A DNA stretch of 62,497 bases, filler included, from Sphacelaria rigidula (taxonomy: Eukaryota), in the NCBI GenBank assembly GCA_964200075.2. It is 11 parts of 11 records of this genome, joined end to end, with 100 filler letters (N's around TTAATTAATTAA, not from the genome) between each part and the next. Parts side by side here need not be neighbours in the genome. Positions count along the whole stretch, not along the records: positions 11,383 to 16,973 come from CAXNAA020026044.1; positions 17,074 to 22,664 come from CAXNAA020026045.1; positions 22,765 to 28,355 come from CAXNAA020026046.1; 8 more parts are not named here. One strand, 5' to 3'. Positions 13,075 to 25,929 of the stretch are shown here, piece by piece. The notes under the pieces were generated by a model. It saw only the letters and a list, made by a program, of their open reading frames with translations, made no database searches and was not told the origin of the DNA. The translations under genes and the position numbers were made by a program. How positions within the stretch are numbered: the first letter of the stretch is position 1; every line of letters starts with the position of its first letter.

Positions 13075-16000
13075 TAAACGGAGTCTGACACCTTGGAGTG
13101 ACGTGCGCTACTCGTTTAAGCGGTTTTCAGGACATCTTCGCGTTTTCCGGTGGCCGCCGTTTTTTTTGGCCGAACAAACACTTTTGCCCAGAGACGGTCA
13201 ACTTCAGAGCAAAATGTCAGTTTTCCTACATTCGACCGTTCTTGACCGTTCTCGGACAGCAATCAAATGGGCCGAAATAAAAATTGCGGCCACTGGAAAA
13301 AGCGAACATGTCGCGGAACCGTGTATTGAACGAGTAGAGCAAGTCATCTCATGGTGTCAAATTTTACCTAGCTCACTTTTGAGCCGTGAAACGACGACGA
13401 AGGACCAAAAAAACGTTTTTGCAGGACTTCATTTTCAGTTGCTATATATAGAGGTATCTTGAACTCGGGGATCCTGCTTTATTGGACGAATAGGTCAGGA
13501 AGTCTTGGATTACGAGTTTAAGATAACTTAACAGATCCTGAGATGACATTGGGGATTCTTCAAATAAATCTTCAAGGAAGTTCCCTCCCGGTTCATGATC
13601 TGAAGAAGGGGAACCGAGAACGGCAAAGAAGAGCTTCCAGTTGATGGTTTCACCAACTATTGGTGCAATGCGGGTGGCCACGTCACATTGAACAGCATGG
13701 ATCCGATTTTGAGGTTCAACATCTGGGAGAGGTTGAAGTGGTATACCGAATTTCATCTATTTTGTCCAATAGTCTCGTGATACGCAAGCAGTTTCGGCTA
13801 TGGCACTTGTGCCAGAAGCCTTGATACGGCAGCCCAAGCATGATGAACAGTTCGAAAGAAAACCACCGTCAGGGTGCGACGTTTTCTTAAGAGGACGTGC
13901 CTCCAAGCGCTACATAACACGTGACAGGGCGATGTCCGCGTCGCGCAACTGACGCTGACGTCGGTACGGCGCTAGCCGTTTGTCTACATGCATTTTTTCG
14001 ATGTGAAGTGCATACATGTTGACTGCACACTTCAAGGCAACGGCAGAGGAATAGGCAAAATTCATGACGATAGCAGTTCCTTTGTTTTTCCACGGCCTAC
14101 CTGGGTTAAGTACCTCGTAAAGATGACCACATGGCAGCATGTACACTCCTTCCCGATTTTCCCCACTCCTCGGGATTGGTCATTTATGTTCGTTCCGCGT
14201 AATATAGACGTCGAAAATGAATGTATTCAGTTTTGTAACTCAGGTTCGCAACTAATGGCTGGAAGAGGTGACACTGGCGGAGGGTTTGGTGTGATCTGAT
14301 CCGGGGTGATACTCAATCAATAGACGGAGGGAACGAACACAACGAGGGGGAAATAGATGATAACGCCGTATTGCACTTTACAGCACATGACTTCTGTACT
14401 GTGCGTTTTAGATCAGATTTGTCCCGGCCTATACGTTCACCCGCAGGGCCATCCATGTTGCACCGTCACACTGTCACACTTTTTACGTGAAAATGAGTGA
14501 TGAACAGACCGTGGGGGCGATGCGATGCGACAGGGATGTGCATGTCATGAGTGCAGAGCTTGTGCGACGGGATGGTGTGGCTCACACTTTGAAAATGATG
14601 CAGGAACTCAGTTGGAGATAACTGTGTTTATATACCTGCAGAAGGTGTGCTTCATCACTTACTTGCAGTATTGTTCGGCATTTCGTGATTTGCGGGAGAG
14701 AGAGGAACAGTTACACCGTTTTTTTCAGCGCCCACGTAAAGTCGTCAAGGCACGGATGATTTTCGAGGAAACAAATCGTCCATTGTAACGGGTATAAACC
14801 GTTCAAGCAAGGAAATTGCGATTCTGAACAGGGGAATAGATGCTGCAGTACCCCTGACTACTGTTCTATATGTTGCATTTCCAGCCATTTTCCGCAAAAT
14901 ACGGTGTGATTGTTTCTCGTGATAATCAAGGAAGACCGTACCAACGCTTTCCCTGACTGGTTCAGAATCCCTTTGTACGAGAGAGAATTGATATGCTTCG
15001 AAAACCTACACGATGACAGGCAGCATACTGTTGTATTTGCACTATAAATAATAGGAGTTATGGAGTTTCCAGGCAAGAGGCTTACCTACCTGATGGAAGC
15101 TGCTACATAGAGCGTACACTAGACGGAACCGCGTCTCTCCTGCACACGTTCTCCTACGAAATACTGAGCACTACTGCAAGTAAGTGATGGAGCACATCTT
15201 CTGCATATATATACATAGTTGTGCCAAGGTACGAAAATGACGGGGGGTGGCTGTATGTGCTGGGTTTTTTGGTACCTCATCTGAAAAAACGGGTCGTAAT
15301 CACCTTGCACAATGCAGCGATGCAGCCCACCCCAAATCCAATTCCCAACTCCGCCAGGAAAAAAGTGATACAAGGCGTGATAGCTGGTTCAGACAGGATG
15401 AAGCGCCTCTCATGGGCGCTGTTGGCAAAATAACCCTGAGCGTGTGTAGTTTCCACGATGTCGTTGTGTGTGTCTCCAGTTTTGTTTTCGTTTGTTTCAT
15501 CCAACTGACTGTATTTCACCCCGGGGCTGCCAGCAGCTTAGTAAACGTTACAGAGGTGCGGTAGCTCACGCTCTTGTCTGCGCCGCAGGTGAGTATCTCG
15601 CTGCTACATTTTTCCTGCTCTTCACTTCGAAAATACGCAGGCACGCAAACAGCCAGCACCGTACTTGCGTCAGCAGCGGCAGTTGCGCGACGGGGACACC
15701 GCCCTGTTACCTGTTCTGTGGCGCTTGGAGGCACATCCTGTCGAAATAATTCCGCACCATGACGGTGGTTTCTCTTTGACTCTGCTCATCATGCTTGGGC
15801 TGCCGTACAGAAAATTCTGGGCTAGGGTTACGTCGCCAAAACTGCCCGCATATCCCGAGCCTATTGGAAGTAACAAACGAAATTTCGATGGCGAGTTCAA
15901 CCTCTCCCAAATGATGAACCTCGAATTCGATTCCACGCTGTTCTTACATCACACCGTTTGCGTAGGATTCGAACGCACTACAGTACGTTCGATGACAACA

Positions 16001-18129
16001 ACAGCGTGGACATGATGCATGTGGGCAAGAAATACGTTGTTCATTTTACAAACGACACAACGCATCCAACACACCATGATATGGTGATGCTTTCGGTAGT
16101 GTCTAGACCTGTGTTCTGATCTTGACATAACAACAGCGGTACTGCAGCAGTTCAGGCAGTCCTCGGCGCAGATCAAACCGTATCTGCAGGGCGCCGCACT
16201 ACCTGTCAGCTACGGAACAGGAATGCTAGCTCTGCGCACCAAGGACCTTGTTCGTTGTGAAACATAAAACAAACACACACTGAAAAGCATTTCAAACTTC
16301 GACAAGACAGCACGTGTGTGCCGACAGCAGTTGTTCGTAAGACAAGAGCAATACAGCAGCTCAGATGATCCCAGCAGAGACCAGACAGTTTTGGCGTGGT
16401 CTGAACACACGAGTATACGGTGACAGGTGCAGCAAGCCTTCAGACCGCATGTTTTCGATCGAAAAGGCTTACCTGTCATGTTTTTTACAATTTCGCTGTT
16501 GCTTTTCCCATGATGAGAATGTGCTCAAGATGTAAGGATGTCCCCGCGCCCGACCTCGGTCTGATGACTGTCACACAGCCCTTTGGGTGCAAAGTCAGAG
16601 ATTCGACGGCCGATAAATACTGTCGTTGAGCAGGGACTGATTTCTGTCCTTGTGGTGCGGGGACGTGAGTACTAAAGAACATTTGAGAATGTTGACGCGG
16701 CACGAAAGTGCTAGCCCCATGTTTGGTACCCCAAGCTGTTGAGTATGTACCGGGAGGGGGGTGGTTCAATTGTTTGAGAAAACGGCCTCGTCCCTACGAC
16801 TGATAGGGATCCGTTTCGGCCGAAATAAATACATGAACAAGTACATAGCATCAAGTGAAGGAGAAGAGCGTGTCTGCAACATGGTCGCCGCGCAAGCCCC
16901 CGTTGTCAATAACCAACCCGCATCGCCATCCCTGCTTTCTTGCTGGATCAACCCGCGCTGACAACGGCAATGANNNNNNNNNNNNNNNNNNNNNNNNNNN
17001 NNNNNNNNNNNNNNNNNTTAATTAATTAANNNNNNNNNNNNNNNNNNNNNNNNNNNNNNNNNNNNNNNNNNNNGTGCCTCCTAAAACGCACTCGAAAACG
17101 TGCAGCTTTAGCTATTCATGTATTGACCCTCAGCATAGTACAGGAGAACATGACCATAGCCTCTCTCCATCAGAGGTCTATAGTACACGGGACAACGAAC
17201 CGCATCCGATTTGTCTTCGGGGCTGTGATGATCAGCCTTTCAGCTCCACGTTTTCGAGTGCGTTTTAGGAGGCACACTCGTTTTAATCATTTAAATACAC
17301 GTACGGGGCAGTTTCGATAACACCCACATGTGCGGAAGGACTCTAAAACAAGAAATGAAGCTGCCCGAAGTACAACATTGACGGGCCAGCCTTACGTGAA
17401 ACGCTATTTTCTCGGCTCGTGAATCAAGGCGTGAAGGACGGCTGAGACCATCCATCCACGTCGAGTATGCATTCTGTGACAGGGGTGGTGGAGATGGATG
17501 TGTCTTGATTTCGTTCGGTATTCTAGAAGTGATCAGGTTCCTGTTGGCTTTCCTTCCGGCTTTCGTGATGCCTGGCCACCTGCGGGCGGCGTTTGTTTGT
17601 GGGCTTCATCTACTGCCGACAGGGGTGCTTGCATGTGTGGAATCGAGTAAAATTAAAATGAAAGTGGATGAGGTAAAATCGAAAAGCAAAGCATATCGAC
17701 GAGCAAAACGCGAAAGTCAGGCAAAATCAATCGAACCCACGACCGAACCAAGTCGAAAAGCGAAACGAAATCAAACCATACCAAAGAGCACAACGCATCG
17801 AATCAAGCTTGACTCTCCGTTCGGCTGCTCCTTCCCGGCAGTTCTCCGGTGGCGCTGTGGAAAATCGGGGTGTGATGTATTTCAACGATGGTAGCCTCTT
17901 CGCTGACAACGCCGCCGGCTGCAACTGTGAGTTTGCCTCGGGTGGCGCGATCTACAACGAGAGGGGCGGGCAAATCACGTGAGTCCAGTATTTACTCCGA
18001 GTCAAAAAGCGTTTACGGCCATGCTTCATCCGCAACCACCCCTTTTGCGGATAAGAGCCCAATCATTGCTTTAAATCGAGTCTCCCTTGACCGCTGACGC
18101 ACTGGTGGCTGTAGTCACAACAGTGTGAC

Positions 18130-21100
18130 GTCATTCTTCTTCTTCTGATACGCATTCTAGTGATTTCAAGTCGTAGATGATTTTCCCGCATTTTTCACGT
18201 GGACGGTTCTCGTCCCCGTGGTGAAACACATCCTGAAGGGGTGTGAGTACAGCAAAATTCGTTTACTATTTCCTCTTTCTTGTATACTGAGATGGTGGTT
18301 CAGGTGAGGGGTGAGTTGTTCACGTTGTGCTGGATTTCGGTTACCCGTCTATGAGGTGCTGATATCGAGGTCCCTCTTCCGCCCTCTACACAAAGCCTGC
18401 AGGGAAGCCGCAGCCTCTGAGTCCGTGGACGGTGTTCTAGCTGCGGTTGTTTCTTTCTGCGTCGACCAGACGTACTGACAACTCCTTTGTCAACGTAGCG
18501 TTCGACTTCGGCTTGCGGAGCATTGGACGGTTATCCCCGGTCAAGTTGAGGTTTTGCTCCAATATGAAAATAACAAGTAAGAATACCAAAATCCGATTCC
18601 GGTTGTTCATCTCGTGGAAAGTACCGTTTCAAGCGAGCGAGGCGCACCGACGCTTCGATGGCGTCGGTGCCCAGCTTAACTCGGTATACCACGAGTGATG
18701 GCTGATGATGACTTATGTATGGCCTTGGCTACGGCAACGACAATTTGGGATTCGGTCGGTCGGAATCCTGATATGGCCCGTCGAGTAGTGCTTTCAGGCC
18801 GGGTGTAAAGAGAGGGATCAATATTTCTGTTTTGTCATTACTCGCTTTCTGCTTGGTCGCACGTCCTTTAATGCTGCGTCTTGCACAAAAACTAAACACG
18901 AGCGGTCGTGTTTTGAGTATATCCTTCGGCATGTGCTGCGTGTGTTCGTTGAGAATGCGTTAGGATCATACCATCAACCTAAAATTTTGGCTGACGTCTG
19001 AACACAAGAAAGCACTGTATCTGGCACGGCGTGTGGAACGAAGTGTGTTATACGCCATTTGCCCAACGGGTGATATGTTCGCCTAGTCTTGGGGACTGGC
19101 GCGTGAATTGCTGATATGACGTTTACATTCGAGTGTACTCGCTCTGAGACTGAGTCGACTTAAGGGCGATACGGAGTCGAGCACGTTTCCTCCAAGAGGG
19201 AGCAGCATCTACAACTGGTAGTCCACTCGAGTTTCAAAGGCTTTCGCTTGATCTGAATGCAACTTTTATGGTACACCGAACGTTGTAAAAATTCGATCAA
19301 CCAGCATTTGCCCTCCCAGAATGAGTGGTTTGTTCGGAAACGTGCATAGGACGGTGGATAATCTATGACGGACATGGCATACTTGTACGGCGCTCAAGCT
19401 GATGACCTTGAAAATTGTTTTGCTCCAAATTTATCGATGGTTGTTGGAACGGTAATTGCGGAGCTATGTGGCCTGTGAGCAGTTGTGGACGATTATGAAC
19501 CGTTTTGCAGGGTTGGCGTGCTTGGTATTTATTGCAACCTTGGCCATGCCGACTGATGTTTGGCTAGCCGTATGTTGGGCTTTGTTGCCGTATGTCGGTG
19601 AAAGTGCGAGTCAACCTCAGGATAACGCATGATCGTGGTACTAGTACAGTACAAACCTTACTTCAGTTTTTGGTATCGCAAATTGATCACGAAATGTGCC
19701 TCTTTTCTGAGGGTATCCCGGCATGTATGACTTGAATAAAATACAATCTGGGGCTGGATAGCATGACATAGATGTCAACGTCTCCGTTTTCAGCTGGTGG
19801 TGCATTCTCACGATTTAAATACTGGATGTGATCCACCTTCTTCCTGCCTGCTCTGTTTCACTTGATTTTTGCCAGCAGACGCGAACATATTTTTCGCCCT
19901 CGCGTAAGCTGATTCGACGGTAGACAGCTTTGCGTCAATCTGTACTAGTTTATAAGTCATCGACTTCATCCGCCGAAATTTGAGACGGCTATTGCGATTC
20001 TGCTGTGTGCAAAGTGCCATCCGCTGACAAGGTACGACAAGTTGGGGCAAGCAGTGGCTTGACTTCTTTAATCTGATGTCGCGAAGTGGGGTCCACTGGA
20101 ACCTTGACAAGTCTGGGCGGGCAAGGGTTCCGTGTTGTTGGTCGATTTTTCAAGTGTCGTGATGGCGTGTCTGGGATGACGTGTATTCTACTCGGCTTCT
20201 GCTGTACGATACGACGACGTCGAACGATCTCAAGGCGATTGCGCATCTCGTCAGCATGCCGTTTGTATCCTACATCGTGAACAGACGTCTCACTGCGGCA
20301 TGGTCGGTATCTCACGTGACATGCCAACCACACAGAAAGGGGCGCTAACGCTGTATTGCTGGTGCAACCGCGGAACACTGTAGGAGCCTTGCATAGTAGC
20401 ATTTTGAGTAAAGTTGAAACGTTGGCTAAGTAGTTGCTTGATCGCTAGGTCGCCATCTTTCTCGTCACACAGAAACGAACCCCAGCCCTCTAGTGAGGCG
20501 TCTCTAGTGAGGCGTCCACTCGTACCATGAGGTAGACGGACGAATTATAAGAGTGCGGCACGGGAGCTCGTGTCAAAAGTCTCTTCACCTTTGAGAAGGC
20601 TTATTTATGTTCTGATTTGTAACGTCTCACCTCCCTCCTCGGAATTCTCCTTCCTCGTCAGATCTACAAAAGGTGTGATGACTTCCGCCAAAATTGCGAT
20701 GGAACCTATCATCAAGATTGATCACACCAAGAACTGAATGTATCTGTTTGATGCTAGTTAGTTGGAGTTTGTCATTTATAGCCTTTATGCGGTTTTTGCT
20801 TACTTTGATTCCCTACTTTGATTCCCTGAGTTGACGGCGTGTATCCCAGGTAGTTGACCTCACGTGGTCCGCAACTGTACTTTTGATGGTTTCAGGGTAA
20901 GACCAGCTACTTGCCACGCTTTAAACATGTCTTCAAGCAACATGAAGTGGCTTCCCTACGTGACACAACTGGCGATGAAGTCGTTCATGTACAGTAGGAG
21001 ACGGCGTGTCAGTCCGAGTTATAATTCTCGGAAAACGAAATTGCGAAGGCGTCTGACTGACCGTTGGGAAATTGAATACATTTTTCCATCCCTCACGACG

Positions 21101-22390
21101 AAGACGTTTCTATATTCTCTCTTCTTACACTTGAGGATTCGGTCCAACGCACTGTGCACATCGAAAACGAAGTTCACGCCCACCTTGTGTCTGCGTGAGA
21201 TTTCATATCCGGCATGGATACTGTAGAGCTTCTCCGTCCATCTGGACTGTGCATACTTTTTCCGAGTTGAATTGATTCCGATTCAGCAGATGACGTACTC
21301 TCGTCGTCCAAGGGTTTTCCTCTTGAGCTTGCGTGTTACTTATTTCATTACTCAAAAGGGCACTGCTTGTTTTTATGGCGCTACTCTTGCAGGTGGAGGA
21401 TACTCGTACCCTAATAGCGTGTTTTACCCGAGGTGAGCATTCCTGCTGGATGGATGAGCTACTGGTATCATCGCTGCTTTGTCCACTCCAGACAAAACAC
21501 AAACGATTCGCGCGGCAATCGGGCGGGGGAGAGCTTATGGTACATCGGTAGGCAGAACATCCTGTGTGATGATGCATGCCTCAATTACTACGGCCGTTGT
21601 CCGTTGTCGCAGATGGAGGTTTATATGACTCCACATGTCGTACCATCTCATCTTGCGGACGGGCACATGATTTCTCTCCTCAAGTGCATTGAAACGTCAG
21701 GGAAGGCTATCATAGGTTCCTGGTCTCCGATTCGTGGCTTTGAGGCCAAGTGTTGAATTCTGAAGCGATGATTTCTTTGCTTCCTGATTCGAACTGCCGT
21801 ACCAAGCGCTCATGATGGCGCTTTCAACGGGTAAGGTTCGATCTCCAAAGATCGGGTCAAAACGATGGAATCCGAACATCTTGGTTGTTTCTCGCCACAC
21901 GTCTCAGACCCAAAGATCTGGATGATGCAGTTTTTATATCCCTGCGTCCAGGATTAGTCGTTAACGGATAAGCTTAAGCTGACTGTAGACAGATCGGATG
22001 CAAGATTGATTATTTGTACAGCGCGATCGATGACTCCGGCGGGCACTTGAACACCTGTCCGCGAAGGATGCAACATGACCCGTCCATGAGGTACCATTCT
22101 AACCCAGACACGTCGTTCTTTTCTTGCTCAAGATGAATCTTCTTTCTGAGCACAGACATAGACACATGATCACGCCGTGGAGGCGTGGAGGATGCCGCCG
22201 CATTCCCATCCTGTATGATTTGGTTTGCGCTTCTTTCGTACGTTCTAACCTTGACCTACCGACATCCAAGAGACCAGGACTATTATTCTCGTGAGATTTT
22301 CGAAAACTAGGCATGCTTTTCACCTACTGCTCGTGCAAGGGTTGAACGGTCATTGCTTTTGGTCTTCTCGTCCGTGTTGAAGCGCTTACC
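18130..22390 (-). mobile_element. Heavily decayed Ty3/Gypsy pol (RT-RNaseH-integrase). Boundaries approximate.
   Basis: Minus-strand remnants in Gypsy order. RT: FDVHSA, FVVRDGK, LLYMNDF, AGLTLKPSK, PFVDLTRK (about 20650-21200). RNase H: VRVDAS (about 20520). Integrase: LVDRIFTTFGVP, TCSTPYRP, SVSERVH (about 19130-19310). GPY motif at about 18775. Many stops and frameshifts. Confidence 0.75.
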
Positions 22391-22764
22391 CATGTTTCTA
22401 CGTCAGGCGCTCGTGCGTGTCTGGAGAGGTGATACTTTTTTGTCCAGCGCCCCCCCCCCTCCCCTCTCCCCTAGCCTGGTCCGGTGAGAACCCGGCGTGC
22501 TCCGTCCCGGCCTTGTAGGGGCGGACCCCCGATGTGGTTGGCGTCGGTTGGCGGTGGCGCTATAAAACACGCCACTCACTGTGTAAGCTAGGCTATCAGG
22601 TTACCGTTGTTTTTTGCGCGCTTGCGTTTGTTTTGTGTAACCATGATGGTAGTCGAGCTAGATCNNNNNNNNNNNNNNNNNNNNNNNNNNNNNNNNNNNN
22701 NNNNNNNNTTAATTAATTAANNNNNNNNNNNNNNNNNNNNNNNNNNNNNNNNNNNNNNNNNNNN

Positions 22765-23870
22765 CGCCGTTCCTTTGCCGTTGCTGCTTCATGCAGTCGG
22801 CGTTGTCGTGGAGATGCGTTTTGTGGTAGCTGCACCACCAGTTGCTTCTCCGGCCAGATGTGGATGACGAGCCAGCGTCGCGATCGCGTTGCAGGATGAA
22901 ACAGGACGATTTGTTGTGTCCAGGCTTGTTGCAGTAATCGCACGTGCCCCGAAACGATGGAGTCGCAGTCATAGCGGACTCGCGCCCTTTTGTGCGCGAT
23001 GGCGCCGACAATTCGCCGCGCGCCACACGATTGGTGAACATGTTCCGAGCAGTGGTCTCGATCTCTTCGAGCGTCATCTCGGGGTCCCTCTCCGACGTAA
23101 AGCAAAGTGTCTCGTATTCACCAGTCAGGCCCTCGAGAATGAGGTCCTGCATGCGGACGTCCGATACGGGCTCGTTGATCTGTTCGAGCTCGTCGATCTG
23201 TTCGAGCTCGTCCCGCTTTTGATGCATGGCCAGGATGTACTCGTCCGGGTTTTGATTGGGCGCCACAAGATGCTGCTGGAGACCCCGCATCAAAATGCGC
23301 CGTCTTTGTGACGAAGAATTGAGGTATTTCTTGTTCAGAGCAATCCACGCAGCTTGGCCATTCGGCTTTTGGCCCTCGCGCGCGGCAAGGCTACTGACGA
23401 AGCTGTTGGCCTCTCCCTTGGTGGACAGCAGGAGGACGCTGAAGAGCTGCCTGTTGTAGCCATCCCAAGCGTCCAGATCTGTTTGGTTGCTGATCGTCGT
23501 ATCGGCGAACAGATCGTCGGTAGGGACCGTTGACGCGGGAATTTCCGCGGAGCGCCCGCTGGAGAGGCCACCCTCAGCTCCGCTGGCCTCGGTACCCCCG
23601 GTCCTCCCGGAGTCAGCGCTGGCGCCGGTGTCGCCCCCTGAGCCTCTCGTCCTGCGGATTGAAACGGCTGGGGTGGTCGCAGTCCTCTGCAGAGTCCTGT
23701 GCTCGCATGTGACGGCGGCTCGAGGCTTGCCGCCCAAATCCGAGAGATTTCGGGATGAAGAAGGTCAGCCGTTGCGCGGAGTGTCCTCCGCCACGGCACG
23801 AAGTGGTGACCATCGAACTTGCTGATACTCCTGATGATTGACTAGCCGCCGAAGTGGACTCTCCCATGAT
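22765..23870 (-). CDS. gag: Ty1/Copia gag (3' truncated by the contig end, 5' end apparently frameshifted)
   Basis: UBN2-type gag motifs (NRQLFSVLLLST, NGQAAWIALNKKY, PDEYI, LILEGLTGEY), CCHC knuckle CDYCNKPGHNKSSC and WCSYHKTHLHDNADC. Lies directly downstream of the LTR and PBS. Confidence 0.88.
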
Positions 23871-24044
23871 AGGCACTGGCGGTTGAACTAGAAGTGGTCG
23901 AAGATGGAGATGATATCTCGTCGAAATTATTCTAGACGAAAATCTCCGGAGAATTGCGGTGGTCCTCGGAGGTGCTCCCTCGGAGGATGCGGCTTGAAGT
24001 GACGGACCTAGAAGAACGTCGATGCGGTGTGCTGATCACGATCG

Positions 24045-24056
24045 AGGCTCATAACC
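24045..24056 (-). promoter_or_regulatory. Copia primer-binding site GGTTATGAGCC
   Basis: GGTTATGAGCC abuts the LTR-terminal CA and resembles the Copia internal tRNAiMet PBS. Confidence 0.75.
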
Positions 24057-24410
24057 TGAAAGAACGAGGTAGTTCTTGATGTGGCGTGATATCCCAAGGA
24101 GATGCAAAGAGCCAGCACGAAGTGGCGGTAAAGCACACTTGCTTGTCGAAAAGACTGATGTTGGAAATTGGCGCTATTGTGGCCGAGAATCTCAGTGAAG
24201 AGAGTGAAGAAGAAAAAGAGAGTGAGAGGGTGTGGGGGCAACCCACAAGTACCCTCTGATCAGTGCGCTACGCTTAAGTTCTTACTTATGAGAATATTCT
24301 TACTCATGATAATCCTACGACTGTACATTAACCCGCCAGAACTCTAGAACAAAGTAATGAGAGTCCTAGAACTTTACATTAACCCGACAGAGACGGAAGC
24401 TCCGCTAACA
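24057..24410 (-). mobile_element. Copia 5' LTR (about 354 bp)
   Basis: On the minus strand it begins TGTTAGCG and ends TTTCA, immediately followed by the PBS and gag. Confidence 0.75.
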
Positions 24411-25627
24411 ATCTTAGAACGGTTGCAATCTTCTGAGGATGCGGAAGTTGTACTGCTATTTACCCGATATGAGCAACTATCGAAATAAGAGACCAATGAA
24501 AAATCTGTTGTTCTAACACGGAGAGCATTTCGCCTACCTTCGTTCCCCCCTTAACTGTGCGGAATGACCAGCACTCACACCTGTTGCGGAACCTTGATCG
24601 GTGCTGTTCGGGCGGTCTCGGGTCTACCACTTGGGGAGCAACGTGACGCTACTCGACAAAACAAAAGTGGCGTTGATTTACGGCGAATGGAGAACAGTAC
24701 TCTCCAACAAGGGGTATTCGTAGCTTACCGTTGATGGTGGCCAGAACCTGGTTCGGGTCCGTGGAGAACAGCCCAGTGCCCAGAGAGCCCAGCAGAACGC
24801 CTACCAGCTCCCGTTTCTCCGATTCACCCGCCTGTTAACCCTACGCTACAACCTCCCCGATATATGGTTACACGCTCTTCTCAGATGTCTAGCCAACCGC
24901 CATTGGCTACGATTGGTGGAGCCGCTGTCGATGCCTGATCTCACCCGTGAGCCCGAGTTGGTTTTCGTTGCGCTTAGTGGTCGTCCCTGGAGTTTGCCAT
25001 CGCGGGTTTCTCAAGACAAATGTACCTGGGGTATACTTTCGTGCGTCAGGAAATGACTCTAGCAAAATATTTGCCAAAAAAAACACCATGGATGGGCGGG
25101 GCTGTAGCTTGCAAGATGAAAGTAGCAAAAACAAATAGCGAAGATGGCTGTAGAGCAAAATTTCCACGGGGAGTAGAGAGAATATAGCTGAAATGTAGAA
25201 AGAGAGGAGAAAAACGACAGAAAATCAAGGGGTACCATACGGCAGACAGGGGGGCAAAAGGGAAAAAAAAATCGAGTCGGAGAAAGGAGAGGATGACGCA
25301 AACAGTGCATCATGGGCTACGACTGCTAAATGCAGACGATGAAGGAAAGGGATCACTAGTATAAAACCGTGTGATCGCGAAAGAGGAAAAATTCAACATC
25401 AAGAAAAATACCAGCGGGAAAGGAAATAAACATGGGATGATGCGATACCAACGACCATGGTATGACTCGCGGCATTACGCAGGCACGTTCGGGGCGACAG
25501 GAGCGAGCAAAACTGAACAGCAAAAGAGGCAGGGGCGGACGGGGGGGGCGTAGTATTAGTGCTTGCTCTTCCGGTGTTCGTGTGCAATTTCGAAACCTCA
25601 AAATAAATCAAGACGTGAATAGTAGAT

Positions 25628-25663
25628 GAAAATAAAATAAAATAAAATAAAATAAAATAAAAT
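25628..25663. repeat. (AAAAT)n microsatellite
   Basis: Read directly. Confidence 0.9.
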
Positions 25664-25831
25664 GTGGGTCACTGTGAAGGGAAGAGTCGAACGCAACGCT
25701 ACAGTAGATAAAGGGTGGACAAAACAATATGATCAAGGCGTGAGCCCTGCACGTAATATCTTATACAATCTATGTGTCTACTGCTGCCGAGCAACGGCAC
25801 TGGTTGCCCCAAGTTTCCCGGCGTGAAGAAA

Positions 25832-25929
25832 CCCATGTAGTGACGGTCCTCTGGAGTGTAGTGACGGTCCCATGTAGTGTAGTGACGGTCCCATGTAGTG
25901 TAGTGACGGTCCCATGTAGTGAAGTGACG
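25832..25929. repeat. 21-bp minisatellite GTAGTGTAGTGACGGTCCCAT, about 4.5 copies
   Basis: Read directly. Translates as (HYTTWDR)n on the minus strand. Confidence 0.85.

Noticed and set aside
25832..25929. Possible CRISPR-like array
   Set aside because: Head-to-tail 21-bp minisatellite with no unique spacers, in eukaryotic DNA with no cas genes.
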